Shown here piece by piece: positions 8,647 through 18,672 of a stretch of DNA of 64,000 nucleotides. Source of the stretch: an uncultured Gammaproteobacteria bacterium (GTDB lineage Bacteria > Patescibacteriota > Microgenomatia > Daviesbacterales > UBA10151); assembly GCA_964551605.1 (NCBI GenBank), contig CAZKCV010000006.1, forward strand, positions 70 to 64,069. Reading direction: 5' to 3'. A program made the translations under genes and the position numbers. The notes under the pieces are model-generated. The model was not told where the DNA came from. It did not search any database and saw only the letters and a program-made list of their open reading frames with translations. How positions within the stretch are numbered: position 1 is the stretch's first letter; the number at the start of each line of letters is the position of its first letter.

Positions 8647-9087
8647 CTATTTACTTTTTCTTGTTTTTTGGGCCAGGCTGATGTTGTGCATATAAGCCCT
8701 TTGTTGTTCTTCGGTTGGCTTTTTTCTTTCAGGGATACCGGGCCGATCCGTTGCCTCGAAGATATCGCCTTTGATATGAGTTGGGACAGAGCCCAGGTTT
8801 TCTATTACCTCCCTGGCATCATCCGTATCAGGCACCAGTTCATCTTCTTCTATATGGGCTGATTTTTTGTTGATCATCCAGGTTTGGGTATCCCAGTTGC
8901 CATTTTTGCGTATGCCGGCCAGCCGTATTACATCTCCGCCTTTTTCGCCAACATCATGATACCTGAAGGCAATAAATTCTTCCTTGGGGTGGACCACAAT
9001 CCGGTACCACTCCCCTTCCCCGACTGCTCCGGGTTTTTCCCTAATATTTTTTTTAGCACCGCTTGCCATATCTGTATTTCCTAACAA
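8647..9087 (-). CDS. hypothetical protein
   Basis: 146-aa ORF, no motif recognised. Confidence 0.35.
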   Translation of the reverse strand: MLGNTDMASGAKKNIREKPGAVGEGEWYRIVVHPKEEFIAFRYHDVGEKGGDVIRLAGIRKNGNWDTQTWMINKKSAHIEEDELVPDTDDAREVIENLGSVPTHIKGDIFEATDRPGIPERKKPTEEQQRAYMHNISLAQKTRKSK

Positions 9088-9154
9088 TAAAGAGATTAGA
9101 CCTTTAAGATGAAAGTTTGATTAATGAAGTTGAAGAAGTCTGTAAGAGAAATAT

Positions 9155-10123
9155 TTGCCGGAATATGGTATATATGCAAATATGTCAAAAGAAGCGCTGC
9201 TTTTTCCGGGTCAGGGGATTGCCACTAAGTGGATTTTAGAATATTATAAAAAAATTGCTGTCGAGGCTCCTGAACTGACTCATTCTTATATCTCCCTAGT
9301 TCAGGATGCTTTAAATAAAATTCACGGCTCAAGAGCATATAATATCCAGTCTGCTCTGGTTGGCGAATCTCCGGAGCTTTTTGAAAGAACCGAATTTTAT
9401 CAGCCCGTTGTTAGTGCCTTAAGTTTGGTCGGTAATGCATTTAGTTATGCGGGTTTAAATGCAGAATATATAGCCGGTCATAGCCTGGGAGAATGTACCG
9501 GCGTAATTGCGGCAGCCGGGATGTCAGAAGAAGAAGGTTTAAATTTCATCGGCTGGCGGGGATTATTCATGCAGCAAGCTGCAGATAGAACCCCCAGTGG
9601 TTTAATAAATGTGACAGGTTTAAATCCTGAAAAAATAGCAACATTGTGCCGGGGTATGAATGGCAAACCGCGGGCTGCCGTGGCTTTAAAAAATGCCCCC
9701 CCGGCAGTAGTGTTGGGATGTTCTAAAGAATATATTCCTGACTTGGTTCAGCAAGCTACCGAAGCCGGAGCCATAGCAGTAACCGTTTTAAGTGTAGCTG
9801 CTGCTTTTCATACGCCTTTTATGGAAGAGGCAGCAGAAAATTTAGCAGAAAAGTTACCGGAATATAATTTTCAAAGATTAGAAGTCGCCGTAATAGCCAA
9901 TTTAAACGGTGAGTCCGTGAAGAAAGGAAATATCTATCCCCGGGAAAATCTCGTTAACAGTCTGACCAAACCCGTTGAATGGATGGCCACTATGGAATTT
10001 CTCAAAAACAAAGGGGTTGAAACATACAGAATAGAAGGACCCGGGAGCACCTTAAAACAGCTATGCACTTTCAATGGTATTCCCAAATCTCAAATCCGGG
10101 GAACATTTGGAAAGTTTATTTGA
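9155..10123 (+). CDS. fabD: ACP S-malonyltransferase-like acyltransferase
   Basis: 'FPGQG' and active-site 'GHSLGE' motifs. Confidence 0.7.
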   Translation: MPEYGIYANMSKEALLFPGQGIATKWILEYYKKIAVEAPELTHSYISLVQDALNKIHGSRAYNIQSALVGESPELFERTEFYQPVVSALSLVGNAFSYAGLNAEYIAGHSLGECTGVIAAAGMSEEEGLNFIGWRGLFMQQAADRTPSGLINVTGLNPEKIATLCRGMNGKPRAAVALKNAPPAVVLGCSKEYIPDLVQQATEAGAIAVTVLSVAAAFHTPFMEEAAENLAEKLPEYNFQRLEVAVIANLNGESVKKGNIYPRENLVNSLTKPVEWMATMEFLKNKGVETYRIEGPGSTLKQLCTFNGIPKSQIRGTFGKFI

Positions 10124-10131
10124 TAGCTAAT

Positions 10132-11148
10132 TTAACGGGCTCTATCAATTCTTCCCCAATTAGAGAGCCATTCCCGGGGTTGGTCTGGTCTTTTAATACA
10201 GAAAATGACCGGATAGGAGTAGCTAAAATCAGTTAATGATTGTCTCTGTAAGTTATCGATCAATCCCTTTTTAGTAATCCATTCTGGTACCGAAAAAATC
10301 CACGTTTCGCCGCTTTCTGTATTTTTCCTGGAAAACCTTAGCCGGCCACTTCCCCACTGCCGTCGGTCGCGGGAATGGGATATTTTTGCAACAAAATGGG
10401 AATCTGGAACCTCAGTCCAACCTGAATTATTTATTTTGGTGGCATTCGCATAAGACCTAAGAAAAGTATTAGTACTATCAGCCGGTTCTTTAAATCTTGT
10501 AGCGCCTACTTTTGCCCCTACCAAGTTTTCCCACTGAAAATAAGTTGTCAGGTAGGTGGGCTCTGTATCAAAACGCCCTTTCCTCGTTTCATACGTACCT
10601 GCTTTGGCATCTTCTAAATCTGCCAATGGAAACTCAGCATATAAAGGGATTTGAGAGTTAGTCTCGTATTCCATTGAAGCCAGCCTCGGTACACGGGATA
10701 CAGGATTGTTAGTTGTTACACTGATTCCAGCCCGCATACTCTGCATATCAGCCAGTTGGTCTTTAACGCAAAGAGGATGTAATAACATGGGGGCAAAATA
10801 ACCTGCCCCGATGCAAATTTGTAACCCGTCAGAGTTATAAGTTACTTCCCCATAAATCAAAGTATTTCCAAGTTGATGTAAGGTTCGCCGGAGTTTTAGC
10901 CCATATGTTTGATTATAGTCCACTTGAACCCTGGTGCCTGAATCCCTATCTTCTGCCTCAAATACAGCTTTTACGTCGCCATAGTCGCTATCTTTTCCGA
11001 GTTTGATTAATTTATAAGGAATTTCCTTTTTTCCGGTTTCAGGATGCTTCCAGGTGAGAGAATTAGTTAATTCAGGTGCGGATTCACCATTAAAAGCAGC
11101 CTGGAATTTTGCAATATTGGCTTCCCGCTCAGCTAATGCTTTAGACAT
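10132..11148 (-). CDS. hypothetical protein (338 aa)
   Basis: Long ORF with coding-like composition; no motif recognised. Confidence 0.4.
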   Translation of the reverse strand: MSKALAEREANIAKFQAAFNGESAPELTNSLTWKHPETGKKEIPYKLIKLGKDSDYGDVKAVFEAEDRDSGTRVQVDYNQTYGLKLRRTLHQLGNTLIYGEVTYNSDGLQICIGAGYFAPMLLHPLCVKDQLADMQSMRAGISVTTNNPVSRVPRLASMEYETNSQIPLYAEFPLADLEDAKAGTYETRKGRFDTEPTYLTTYFQWENLVGAKVGATRFKEPADSTNTFLRSYANATKINNSGWTEVPDSHFVAKISHSRDRRQWGSGRLRFSRKNTESGETWIFSVPEWITKKGLIDNLQRQSLTDFSYSYPVIFCIKRPDQPREWLSNWGRIDRAR

Positions 11149-11251
11149 AATTGGCCGATCTTACTATAAGGTCGTATATAATGTCAAGAACTATTGAAAT
11201 TCGGTTTATGTTCGGTATATAGTGAAGTAGTTGGTATTAAAATCCTAAAAT

Positions 11252-11857
11252 ATGCTGCCCAATCGAGTCTATTGTTATGTTGATGAAACCGGCCAGGATA
11301 CTGAGGGAAAGGTGTTTGTTGTATCAGTAGTTATCCCAAAAAATAGAGATGAAGTTTTAGAGTATGTAGAAGATGTTGAAGTAAAATCGGGTAAAGGTAA
11401 GTTTAAATGGGGCAGGGCTAAGCCAGAAAATAGGGAGAAATATTTAAAAACTATTCTCAGCCAAAGAAAGTTTCCTCTCAAAATCTATTACTCTTATTAT
11501 AAGGATACTAAAGAGTATAAAACTCAAACAATATTAACAATAGCTAAAGCTGTTTTTGCCATCAAAGATTATAAAGAACACAGATTTATTTTTTTAGTAG
11601 ATGCATTAGGTAAGAAGGATCAAAAATATTACGGATCAGAGCTTAGGAAATTGGGTGTTCCCTCAAGGGAAGTTAAGGGAGTAACAAGGGACCAAAGCGA
11701 TGCTTTAATAAGGCTCGCAGACAGCATTGTTGGATTTGTTAGAGACATACTTGAAGGCGGTAACACAGAGAAGCAGATCTTGCGATCTAATGACCTTAAA
11801 AGGCTTAAGATTTTATATAAAGAAGCAGTGGAGGAAGAAGTGCTGGTTGAGGTTTAG
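11252..11857 (+). CDS. DUF3800-family protein
   Basis: N-terminal 'YCYVDETG' matches the DUF3800 'IYIDESG' signature. Confidence 0.45.
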   Translation: MLPNRVYCYVDETGQDTEGKVFVVSVVIPKNRDEVLEYVEDVEVKSGKGKFKWGRAKPENREKYLKTILSQRKFPLKIYYSYYKDTKEYKTQTILTIAKAVFAIKDYKEHRFIFLVDALGKKDQKYYGSELRKLGVPSREVKGVTRDQSDALIRLADSIVGFVRDILEGGNTEKQILRSNDLKRLKILYKEAVEEEVLVEV

Positions 11858-11861
11858 CCAG

Positions 11862-11885
11862 AAAAAACCCCCTATTGCTAGGGGG
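11862..11885 (-). terminator. intrinsic terminator for the minus-strand envelope operon
   Basis: CCCCCTA-TTGC-TAGGGGG hairpin; on the minus strand it is followed by a T6 run. Confidence 0.5.
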
Positions 11886-12001
11886 AGCAGCCTAGGTCGA
11901 GGTTTCGACCAGCTCACCTATACGATTAGTCTTCGGCTGAACTTTAACTGAATACTATCACAAAACCCTATCTTTGTCAAAATTCGAGTTGTTAATTAAC
12001 T

Positions 12002-12952
12002 TTACTCCGTAAAATAATCATAAACTGCTTTGGAGATAATGGCTATTTTTTCCTGGGCTCCGGCCGGAGAGTTGCTTTCCGACATGACTACTATTATGTA
12101 GTCTCCTTTTTCAGAAAAAATTATTCCTGAATCATGTTTAAACCAGCCTACCTCTCCGGTTTTATTGGCTATCTTAGCTTCAGCAGGCAGTTTTTTAGGT
12201 AAACCGTCAGTAAGCTTTTGGTTTTTTAAAAGATCAAACATTTCCTGAGTAGACTGTGTATCTCCCAGTTCCCCTTTGTATAGTTTTTCATAAAAACGGG
12301 CAATATCCCGCGGGGTAGAAACCGGAGAGCTGTGGCCTTCAGTGCGTACTAATGAATCATTAAAGCCCTGTTGTTTTAGCCACTCCTTAACCCGCGAAAC
12401 CTTTACTTTTTCAGTCAGCATTAAGGCAGCATAATTGTGGGAGATGGTAATCATCTGATTTAAGGCGCTTTCTATAGTAAAAGACATGGTGCCGTTTTTA
12501 AGTTCTGCCGATTCAGAGGCAATTTCAAATTTTCTGTTTAAGACAGCTATATCCCCGGTGATGGATTCATCAGCTGAAAGCTTGCCCGCCTCTATATCCT
12601 GGTAGACCATGGCCATGATCCAAAGTTTGTAGAGGCTCCCGATTTCAAAGCTTCTGGTTTCATTTACAGAAAAATCTTCCCCGGTTTTTAAATTGATGAT
12701 CACAATGCCGTAAGTTCCTTTTGTCTCCTTTAAAGCTTCATCTATGACAATTTTTAAGGGTTCAACTTTTGTCTGGACTGACAGGATATTTTTATCCCAC
12801 TTAAATTTCATTGGTATGTTTTTAAAGATCTGATAGATTCCCAGAATTAAACCTAAAACTATCAAGCTTAAAAACAAAAACCTGGTTAACTTTTTCCTGC
12901 GGCGGTTTCTTTTAAGCCGGGCAATATAAGAAGGAATCTGGCTGTCACTCAT
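12002..12952 (-). CDS. class A beta-lactamase-family serine hydrolase, membrane anchored
   Basis: SxxK ('GSLYK'), 'SHN' and 'KTG' motifs in the order expected for class A / PBP-like enzymes; N-terminal TM. Confidence 0.6.
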   Translation of the reverse strand: MSDSQIPSYIARLKRNRRRKKLTRFLFLSLIVLGLILGIYQIFKNIPMKFKWDKNILSVQTKVEPLKIVIDEALKETKGTYGIVIINLKTGEDFSVNETRSFEIGSLYKLWIMAMVYQDIEAGKLSADESITGDIAVLNRKFEIASESAELKNGTMSFTIESALNQMITISHNYAALMLTEKVKVSRVKEWLKQQGFNDSLVRTEGHSSPVSTPRDIARFYEKLYKGELGDTQSTQEMFDLLKNQKLTDGLPKKLPAEAKIANKTGEVGWFKHDSGIIFSEKGDYIIVVMSESNSPAGAQEKIAIISKAVYDYFTE

Positions 12953-14495
12953 ATTTTAGTTTTTCTGTTACATCTATGAATTTATAGTAATTTTCTTTAT
13001 CTTCGAAAGCATAATTTTTATCAGGCAGCAGCGGGTATTTGGCATTAAAATAAGTATTAAAGATGATCCGGAAAGTATTTACCGGGGTGATGTTCGGATA
13101 AATTGGGTTTTCTTTCAGATCAGGCAAGAAGTAAGCATTTAATATGGGGAATTTTTCCCTGATGGTGTCATCGCTGGCCCGGCTCCAGGCCAGGTCAAAA
13201 GGCACCGGGTATTTCATCGGCATGGGACCCTCATCAGCCTGGATGATTATGATGGGGATGACCGGTGAGTTTTTTAAGATCAATTCAACGGCTTCCTTAA
13301 CCTTAATATTCGTGCACTGCAACTGGTTTAAGTAGTTTTCAATCCAGCCTCTTTTAGCTTCTGTCCTTTCGTTCATTGGTTCACAATCCCTGCCCAATAC
13401 ATAAGGGTCATGGGGCAGTAAGATATGGGCAAAGACGAACTTAGGTCCCGGTATCCTAGAAATTTCATCAAACACCTCGAATTCATACAAGGCTCTGCTG
13501 CGGTGGTCATTATTCTTGGGGTTTTGGGAAACAGCGGCAGGATCGGGAAATATCTTCTTAAGGAGCGGCGAAGCCAAAGTGGTCTGCAGGAAACCGCTCA
13601 TGAACTCATCCTTAAACAAGTACCTGCCTCCGGACATAATGAAGTTTCGGTCGGCATTTTTATTGGACCTGGTGGGGTCCCAGCCGGAGCCGACATGGAT
13701 ATATGAATAGCCCTTTTGCTTGAGGAATTTAATGACTTTGTTGTTTTGGACTAAAGGAGTGACATATGACTCATCAGAAGAGCCCCTGCCCTTGGTTTTT
13801 TCAGTCAGGTAATTTAGATAATCCATACTTAAAGTCGAACCTAAGGATAAAAAGGTCTTGGGGTAATTTGAAGTTGAGTCCCCGGCAATGTAAAAACCCT
13901 TGGCCTCAAGAAAATTGTAAAACCTGCTGTTGTCAAATCCGTACTGCGTCAGAGTTTTTTCACCGGCATACCGGTCCAGCACAAAATAATAAATATCAGG
14001 GGTCTGTTTCAAAGATTCGGCCGCTTCCAGGGTACTGCCTTCATTCCCCAGGTTTACAAAAACCCGGCCGGATTTTATTTCAAAAAAGGCAATATTAAAA
14101 ACTGCAACTCCAAAAAGGATTAAGGATAAAAAGGTAGCAGCCTTGTTTAAGTTATTAAGGTATTTTTCATACTTAAAGAGAAAATAAATAAAAGTAAAGG
14201 CGGCCAAGGCGATGATTAACGACAAAAACCGGTCCGGTTGATCAAGATCTTTCAGGAATTCCTTGCCCCGGCTGTAGGAAAAAAATATCAGCAGGAAAAA
14301 AGAGCAAAACAGGGCGGCAAATCCCTTTTTCCTGAATATAATAAAGCTGATTAGGTAAATTGTTCCGGATAAACCTAAAGTCAGCAGCAAGGGGATGATC
14401 AGGATTTCTTCCCGGAAGTGGTTAATGTTTTGGGAATACAAAAATAGAGGCGCATAAAGACTGATTAAAAACGGATGCAGGTAAAATTTATTCAT
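12945..14495 (-). CDS. LtaS/sulfatase-like (alkaline phosphatase superfamily) polytopic membrane protein
   Basis: Multi-TM N-terminus plus a sulfatase-type domain ('YYFVLDRYAG', 'HILLPHDPY'). Confidence 0.55.
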   Translation of the reverse strand: MNKFYLHPFLISLYAPLFLYSQNINHFREEILIIPLLLTLGLSGTIYLISFIIFRKKGFAALFCSFFLLIFFSYSRGKEFLKDLDQPDRFLSLIIALAAFTFIYFLFKYEKYLNNLNKAATFLSLILFGVAVFNIAFFEIKSGRVFVNLGNEGSTLEAAESLKQTPDIYYFVLDRYAGEKTLTQYGFDNSRFYNFLEAKGFYIAGDSTSNYPKTFLSLGSTLSMDYLNYLTEKTKGRGSSDESYVTPLVQNNKVIKFLKQKGYSYIHVGSGWDPTRSNKNADRNFIMSGGRYLFKDEFMSGFLQTTLASPLLKKIFPDPAAVSQNPKNNDHRSRALYEFEVFDEISRIPGPKFVFAHILLPHDPYVLGRDCEPMNERTEAKRGWIENYLNQLQCTNIKVKEAVELILKNSPVIPIIIIQADEGPMPMKYPVPFDLAWSRASDDTIREKFPILNAYFLPDLKENPIYPNITPVNTFRIIFNTYFNAKYPLLPDKNYAFEDKENYYKFIDVTEKLKYE

Positions 14496-15859
14496 ATCTT
14501 CTCCATCAGGTAAACGATTCTTTTGCTTCGGGATAAAGGTAAAGCCTTCCTGATCCGGAAGAATTCCTTAAATACCTTCTCAAAGCCTTCCCTATTATAA
14601 TCCCTGAAGATATCCTCCCGGTTTAGCAATAATTTTTGCACCTTAGAATCCTCTTTTGGCACGAATTCAATAATCAGGCTATGGGAAATTCGGGCAAACA
14701 AGGAAGCTATAAAGTGTAAGGGGATATTTTTGGAGATGGCCAGGTGGTGTATTAAGGCTAAAGCTAAAATAAGGTCAGCCGGTCCCCGTTTAAGGATTGA
14801 AAGCCTTTCCTCGTTTGCCCAACCGACGGATGAAGTCGGGCTTGTCAGGTCTAAAAACAGGGGCAGAATATTTTTTTCTTTTTTTGAAACCACTTCCAGG
14901 TAATTTTTCTCCAAAGCTCCGTAATCAAAATCAAAGGCAAGTACGAAGGCACCTTCTTCTGCCGCAATCCTGCTGAAGCGGCCGGTATTGGCACCTAAAT
15001 CCCAAACGGTTTTCGGTTTAGCCATTTTAATAAATCTGCTGACAACCCTTGTTTTATGCTGCAATGCCTGATCTTCATAATTATGAAAGCCCGGCTTAGT
15101 ATAATCCGTCCATTCGGTTCCCTTTGGTTTCCAGGATAAACCCTTCAGGGTACTTTCCAAATTATCCAGCAGCCCCAAAAAGGCTTGCCCGGAAAAACTT
15201 TTCAGTTGCTGGCCGGTAATCTTTTTGTCGGAGAATTTTTTTTGGCCTCCGGCATGGGCATGGATGTGAAGCAGTAAAGAAGGTTTTAATTTAGAGCGGA
15301 AAGGCAGCAGTTTTGAAGTTAAGTCCAACGGAACTCCGTCAATGAATAACGCACTCAGCCGATTAAGCCTGGCATCTGTCATGGACATGAGCGTAAGAGG
15401 TGCCAGGAAATGCTCAGTGAACTGTTTGTAAGCTACCCAGGGTTTTCCCTCTTGGTATTTTTCAAAGGATAAAGTATCAATTAAAATAGGTTTCCCTTCT
15501 AAAAATTGGATATTAAAGGCACTGGCATCTTTTAAGCTCATACCGTATTCCATGGCAATTTTTTGGATGGCCAGGGTCAGTAAACCGGCATCTTTTAACA
15601 TGCTGAAGCACCACTCATAAGGATATGAAATAAACGGGATCTTTTTTGGTTCGATGATTTTGTATACGCCGGGTGATCTGCCTGTCGGTTTTTCAATATG
15701 CTTGACCAGGTATCCTAAAGAGGATAGTTTTTCATATAAGCCCGACTTCATTAACAGCTCATAATTTTCTTTATAGCTTTGGTTGATCTGGCGGAATACG
15801 GATTCTCCCCTGGTGAAAACATATCCGCTGGGGTCACGGAAAGAAGCAGCCCTGGTCAA
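14492..15859 (-). CDS. class I SAM-dependent methyltransferase domain protein
   Basis: 'VWDLGANTGRFS' glycine-rich SAM-binding motif in the C-terminal half. Confidence 0.5.
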   Translation of the reverse strand: MTRAASFRDPSGYVFTRGESVFRQINQSYKENYELLMKSGLYEKLSSLGYLVKHIEKPTGRSPGVYKIIEPKKIPFISYPYEWCFSMLKDAGLLTLAIQKIAMEYGMSLKDASAFNIQFLEGKPILIDTLSFEKYQEGKPWVAYKQFTEHFLAPLTLMSMTDARLNRLSALFIDGVPLDLTSKLLPFRSKLKPSLLLHIHAHAGGQKKFSDKKITGQQLKSFSGQAFLGLLDNLESTLKGLSWKPKGTEWTDYTKPGFHNYEDQALQHKTRVVSRFIKMAKPKTVWDLGANTGRFSRIAAEEGAFVLAFDFDYGALEKNYLEVVSKKEKNILPLFLDLTSPTSSVGWANEERLSILKRGPADLILALALIHHLAISKNIPLHFIASLFARISHSLIIEFVPKEDSKVQKLLLNREDIFRDYNREGFEKVFKEFFRIRKALPLSRSKRIVYLMEKI

Positions 15860-16056
15860 GAGTCTTCACCTTTCCTGAAGATTTTCCGGATAAAATCAAT
15901 AACCCTTCTCCACCAGGTTTTAAGAAAAAAAAGACTTGCCAATATCCCGGCTGCTAAAATCTGCAGCAGGTAACTGCCGGTGCCGGGATCTAAATAGGCA
16001 TAAGCTTCCTTCGGAAAAATCAGACTCAGAATCCCTAAAAACAAGATAACTTTCAT
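15856..16056 (-). CDS. small secreted/membrane protein
   Basis: Signal peptide plus one TM; overlaps the upstream gene by 4 nt. Confidence 0.3.
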   Translation of the reverse strand: MKVILFLGILSLIFPKEAYAYLDPGTGSYLLQILAAGILASLFFLKTWWRRVIDFIRKIFRKGEDS

Positions 16057-16076
16057 GCATCATAAGTTACCACAGA

Positions 16077-16703
16077 CTATCTCTTTTTTCCAGCCCTTTT
16101 AGGCTTTATTTCACTCATGTATGCCGGACCGTATTTCCGGGAAGGCTCATGTCCGGTAATTTCTTCCGAAGTCCTGACAACTCTTAAGTTATCAGCTTCA
16201 AAATCACTCATAATCCTGCTTGCGGTATCTTCTCCTTCTTCTTCCTGTGTAGGGACAGCCACCAGGATGCCTCCTTCATTTATTCTTCTTTCATAAACCC
16301 CGGCTTCCTCATCAGTTAAGCCAAAGGTAGAGCCAATTGCTCCTAAAATACCTCCTGCTAAAGCTCCGGTAGCTGCGCCGGATGCAGTGGTAGCTGCTAC
16401 TCCGGTTAAGCCCAAAGCAGCGGCAATTGGTCCGCCGATAAATAACACTCCCAAACCAGGGATAGCAAAAGCAGCTACCAAGCCGGCAATTCCGCCGATG
16501 ACTGCCCCGGTGGTGGCGCCGCCTAAGGTGGCTCCGATGACTTCTCCGCCGCTATCTTCTAAGCGGCGGGATGCCCCGGCACCCCTCATTATAATGGACA
16601 TTTCTTTGGGATTAAAGCCATGTGATTCCAGCTCGGCAATGGCATCCTCCGCCTTATCCTTCTCGGAGAAAACTCCTAATACAACGCTTGCCATCTTTTT
16701 CAC
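16077..16703 (-). CDS. general-stress-like protein (YflT/DUF1269-like N-domain plus glycine-zipper membrane segment)
   Basis: 'VVLGVFSEKDKAEDAIAELESHGF' N-domain followed by long GxxxG/A-rich hydrophobic stretches. Confidence 0.4.
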   Translation of the reverse strand: MKKMASVVLGVFSEKDKAEDAIAELESHGFNPKEMSIIMRGAGASRRLEDSGGEVIGATLGGATTGAVIGGIAGLVAAFAIPGLGVLFIGGPIAAALGLTGVAATTASGAATGALAGGILGAIGSTFGLTDEEAGVYERRINEGGILVAVPTQEEEGEDTASRIMSDFEADNLRVVRTSEEITGHEPSRKYGPAYMSEIKPKRAGKKR

Positions 16704-16734
16704 CTCCTCGTAGAAATCATAACGCAGCTGCGCC

Positions 16735-16986
16735 CTAGCTTGTCCTTCCGGACGCTGCGCGCCGTATCTTTTTTACTCTCCGCTGGGCAGCCTGCAGAGT
16801 TTCTGACACTTTTTCTCTGGCCATATCTACCGTGTGAAAGACTGCGTCCCGGGTCTTTTTATTGGATAAAATGGCAGTAGCTGCAGCAGCAACTCCTGCT
16901 CCCACTGCAGCACCGGCTAAACCGGCCATAATCGGATTCATGCCTTTTTTTACATTACCGGAAGTATTCTCTTCCCCGTCGTTCAT
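16735..16986 (-). CDS. YtxH-like small membrane protein (paralog of 54909..55157)
   Basis: Gly/Ala-zipper TM ('MAGLAGAAVGAGVAAAATAIL') plus a basic coiled C-terminus. Confidence 0.45.
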   Translation of the reverse strand: MNDGEENTSGNVKKGMNPIMAGLAGAAVGAGVAAAATAILSNKKTRDAVFHTVDMAREKVSETLQAAQRRVKKIRRAASGRTS

Positions 16987-17068
16987 CTTTTCTCACCCCC
17001 TTTCGTAAATATTAACAGCGGTTTATTAAAGATTAATCAAATTAAGGTAAGAAATAGATATGACCCCT

Positions 17069-17320
17069 TCAAGGAAATGTGGGAGCGGTTGATGAAGGGA
17101 TTGGTGCAATATCAGGTGAAAAAGAAGGGAATCCCGGGCCTCCGCCTACCCCGGGCTGGACTCCGCCCGGAGTCTGGTTATTAAGCTGCGCAGCATATAA
17201 GAATAATCCAACGATCGCCAGTACCGATACGGCTGACAAAAGCGAGAACCAAAAGGTCCTACTATCAGCCTGTTCCGTTGATTCACTTTTTCCGTATCTA
17301 TCCGCATACTTATCTTCCAT
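17069..17320 (-). CDS. small membrane protein, Pro/Gly-rich tail
   Basis: One TM; no motif recognised. Confidence 0.3.
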   Translation of the reverse strand: MEDKYADRYGKSESTEQADSRTFWFSLLSAVSVLAIVGLFLYAAQLNNQTPGGVQPGVGGGPGFPSFSPDIAPIPSSTAPTFP

Positions 17321-17385
17321 ATACCTGCCATTATAGGAACAAAAGTTTATAAACCATTCAAAAATCCGCTAGAAAACTGTAAGAG

Positions 17386-18060
17386 TTAGCTGAAGAATCT
17401 GTAGTGCAGATGTTGCTTCCTGGCCAGGAGCGGAATAGCAGAAAACCAGCCGAATAAAAAGCCTCCGACATGGGACAAAAAAGCTATTCCACCTTCATTC
17501 GGGCTCATCGGGAATGAGGCTAAACCGCTAAAAAACTGGGTGATAAACCAGAAAAAAAGTAAAAAGTAAGCCGGGATATCTACAATGGTGACAAAAAAGA
17601 AGATAAAAATTAAAGTTTTAATCCTGCTTCTGGGGAAAAGGGCAAAATAGGCTCCCAATACTCCGGCTACAGCGCCGGAGGCACCCAGCATGGGGATGGA
17701 AGCTGTGGGTGTGGCCAGGTATTGGGCCAGGCCGGCTACCACTCCGGAGGCCAGATAAAAAACCGGAAACAGGAAAAAGCCTAAACTGACTTCCACATTA
17801 TTGCCGAATACCCACAAAAACAGCATGTTGGAGATGATGTGGATAAAGCCGCCGTGCAAGAATTGACTGCTGATTAAGGGTAAGGCGGTCCGAAAATCTG
17901 CCAGGTCCAGTAGGACCGGAATAAAGGCATACTGGAGAATAAAACCTTCCGGGCTGGCAGCAGTCAGCTCCAGGTAAAAAATGTAAATATTGACTAATAT
18001 GATGGCCACTACCCAAAAAGGAAACCTGGATAATGCATTGGTATCTTTTAAAGGAATCAT
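17386..18060 (-). CDS. rhomboid-family intramembrane serine protease
   Basis: 'GASGAVAGVLGAYF' (GxSG) and 'HGGFIHIISNMLFLWVFG' rhomboid motifs. Confidence 0.75.
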   Translation of the reverse strand: MIPLKDTNALSRFPFWVVAIILVNIYIFYLELTAASPEGFILQYAFIPVLLDLADFRTALPLISSQFLHGGFIHIISNMLFLWVFGNNVEVSLGFFLFPVFYLASGVVAGLAQYLATPTASIPMLGASGAVAGVLGAYFALFPRSRIKTLIFIFFFVTIVDIPAYFLLFFWFITQFFSGLASFPMSPNEGGIAFLSHVGGFLFGWFSAIPLLARKQHLHYRFFS

Positions 18061-18182
18061 GTAGCAAAATTATATGAAGACAGGATCAAGGTATGATAAG
18101 AGCCCGGTAAGAGTAGTGTATAGTTTCATCCTTGCCCTATAGTTATTGATTTAGCACTAGCTTAATGGTATAATTATAGGCT

Positions 18183-18671
18183 ATGATAGATACACTTGAA
18201 TGTGCATATTTAGCAGTACCGAAACCTGAGAAGATGGTAAAACTTAAGGTACAAACATTAGAGGCTCTTCTCCAGCCATTTGTAACCTGGAGTAGCGAAG
18301 ATCCCGGTGTGATAGTCAATACCGGTCCTTTTAAGGTCAGGCGAACTTACTTTACAGTATTGGCTTCAAATTTCCACCTGATCCAGATGTTTCGTATGAT
18401 TGGTGGTCTCCAGCTTAATAGGGATGTTGATGCATTTATTGATCAATATTCCCAAAAACAGTTTGGGGGGGTTTTGACAACCCGGACAGATATTCAAAAG
18501 GCAGATGATTTGACGTTCAGAGTACTGAGCCAGGTAGATAAGGACTTATTACTCAGGGCTGCAAAAAGATGCAGAATATCTGATGAAAGAATGTATGAAA
18601 TTTTCTATAGTCAGGCAGAAAGAATTTCTGAGATTGGGATTTCCGGATTTGCCTCTGTAGTTGCTGCCTAA
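18183..18671 (+). CDS. hypothetical protein
   Basis: 162-aa ORF. Confidence 0.35.
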   Translation: MIDTLECAYLAVPKPEKMVKLKVQTLEALLQPFVTWSSEDPGVIVNTGPFKVRRTYFTVLASNFHLIQMFRMIGGLQLNRDVDAFIDQYSQKQFGGVLTTRTDIQKADDLTFRVLSQVDKDLLLRAAKRCRISDERMYEIFYSQAERISEIGISGFASVVAA

Positions 18672-18672
18672 C

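Noticed and set aside
9155-10123. fabD as part of a fatty-acid synthesis operon
   Set aside because: No other fab or acp genes lie in the window. It was kept as an FabD-like acyltransferase only.
10132-11148. Calling the 338-aa protein a phage major capsid or encapsulin
   Set aside because: Only vague length and composition resemblance, with no diagnostic motif. Left as hypothetical.
16387-16713. Pro/Ala-rich ORF on the plus strand
   Set aside because: It is the antisense shadow of the Gly/Ala-rich gene 16077..16703.
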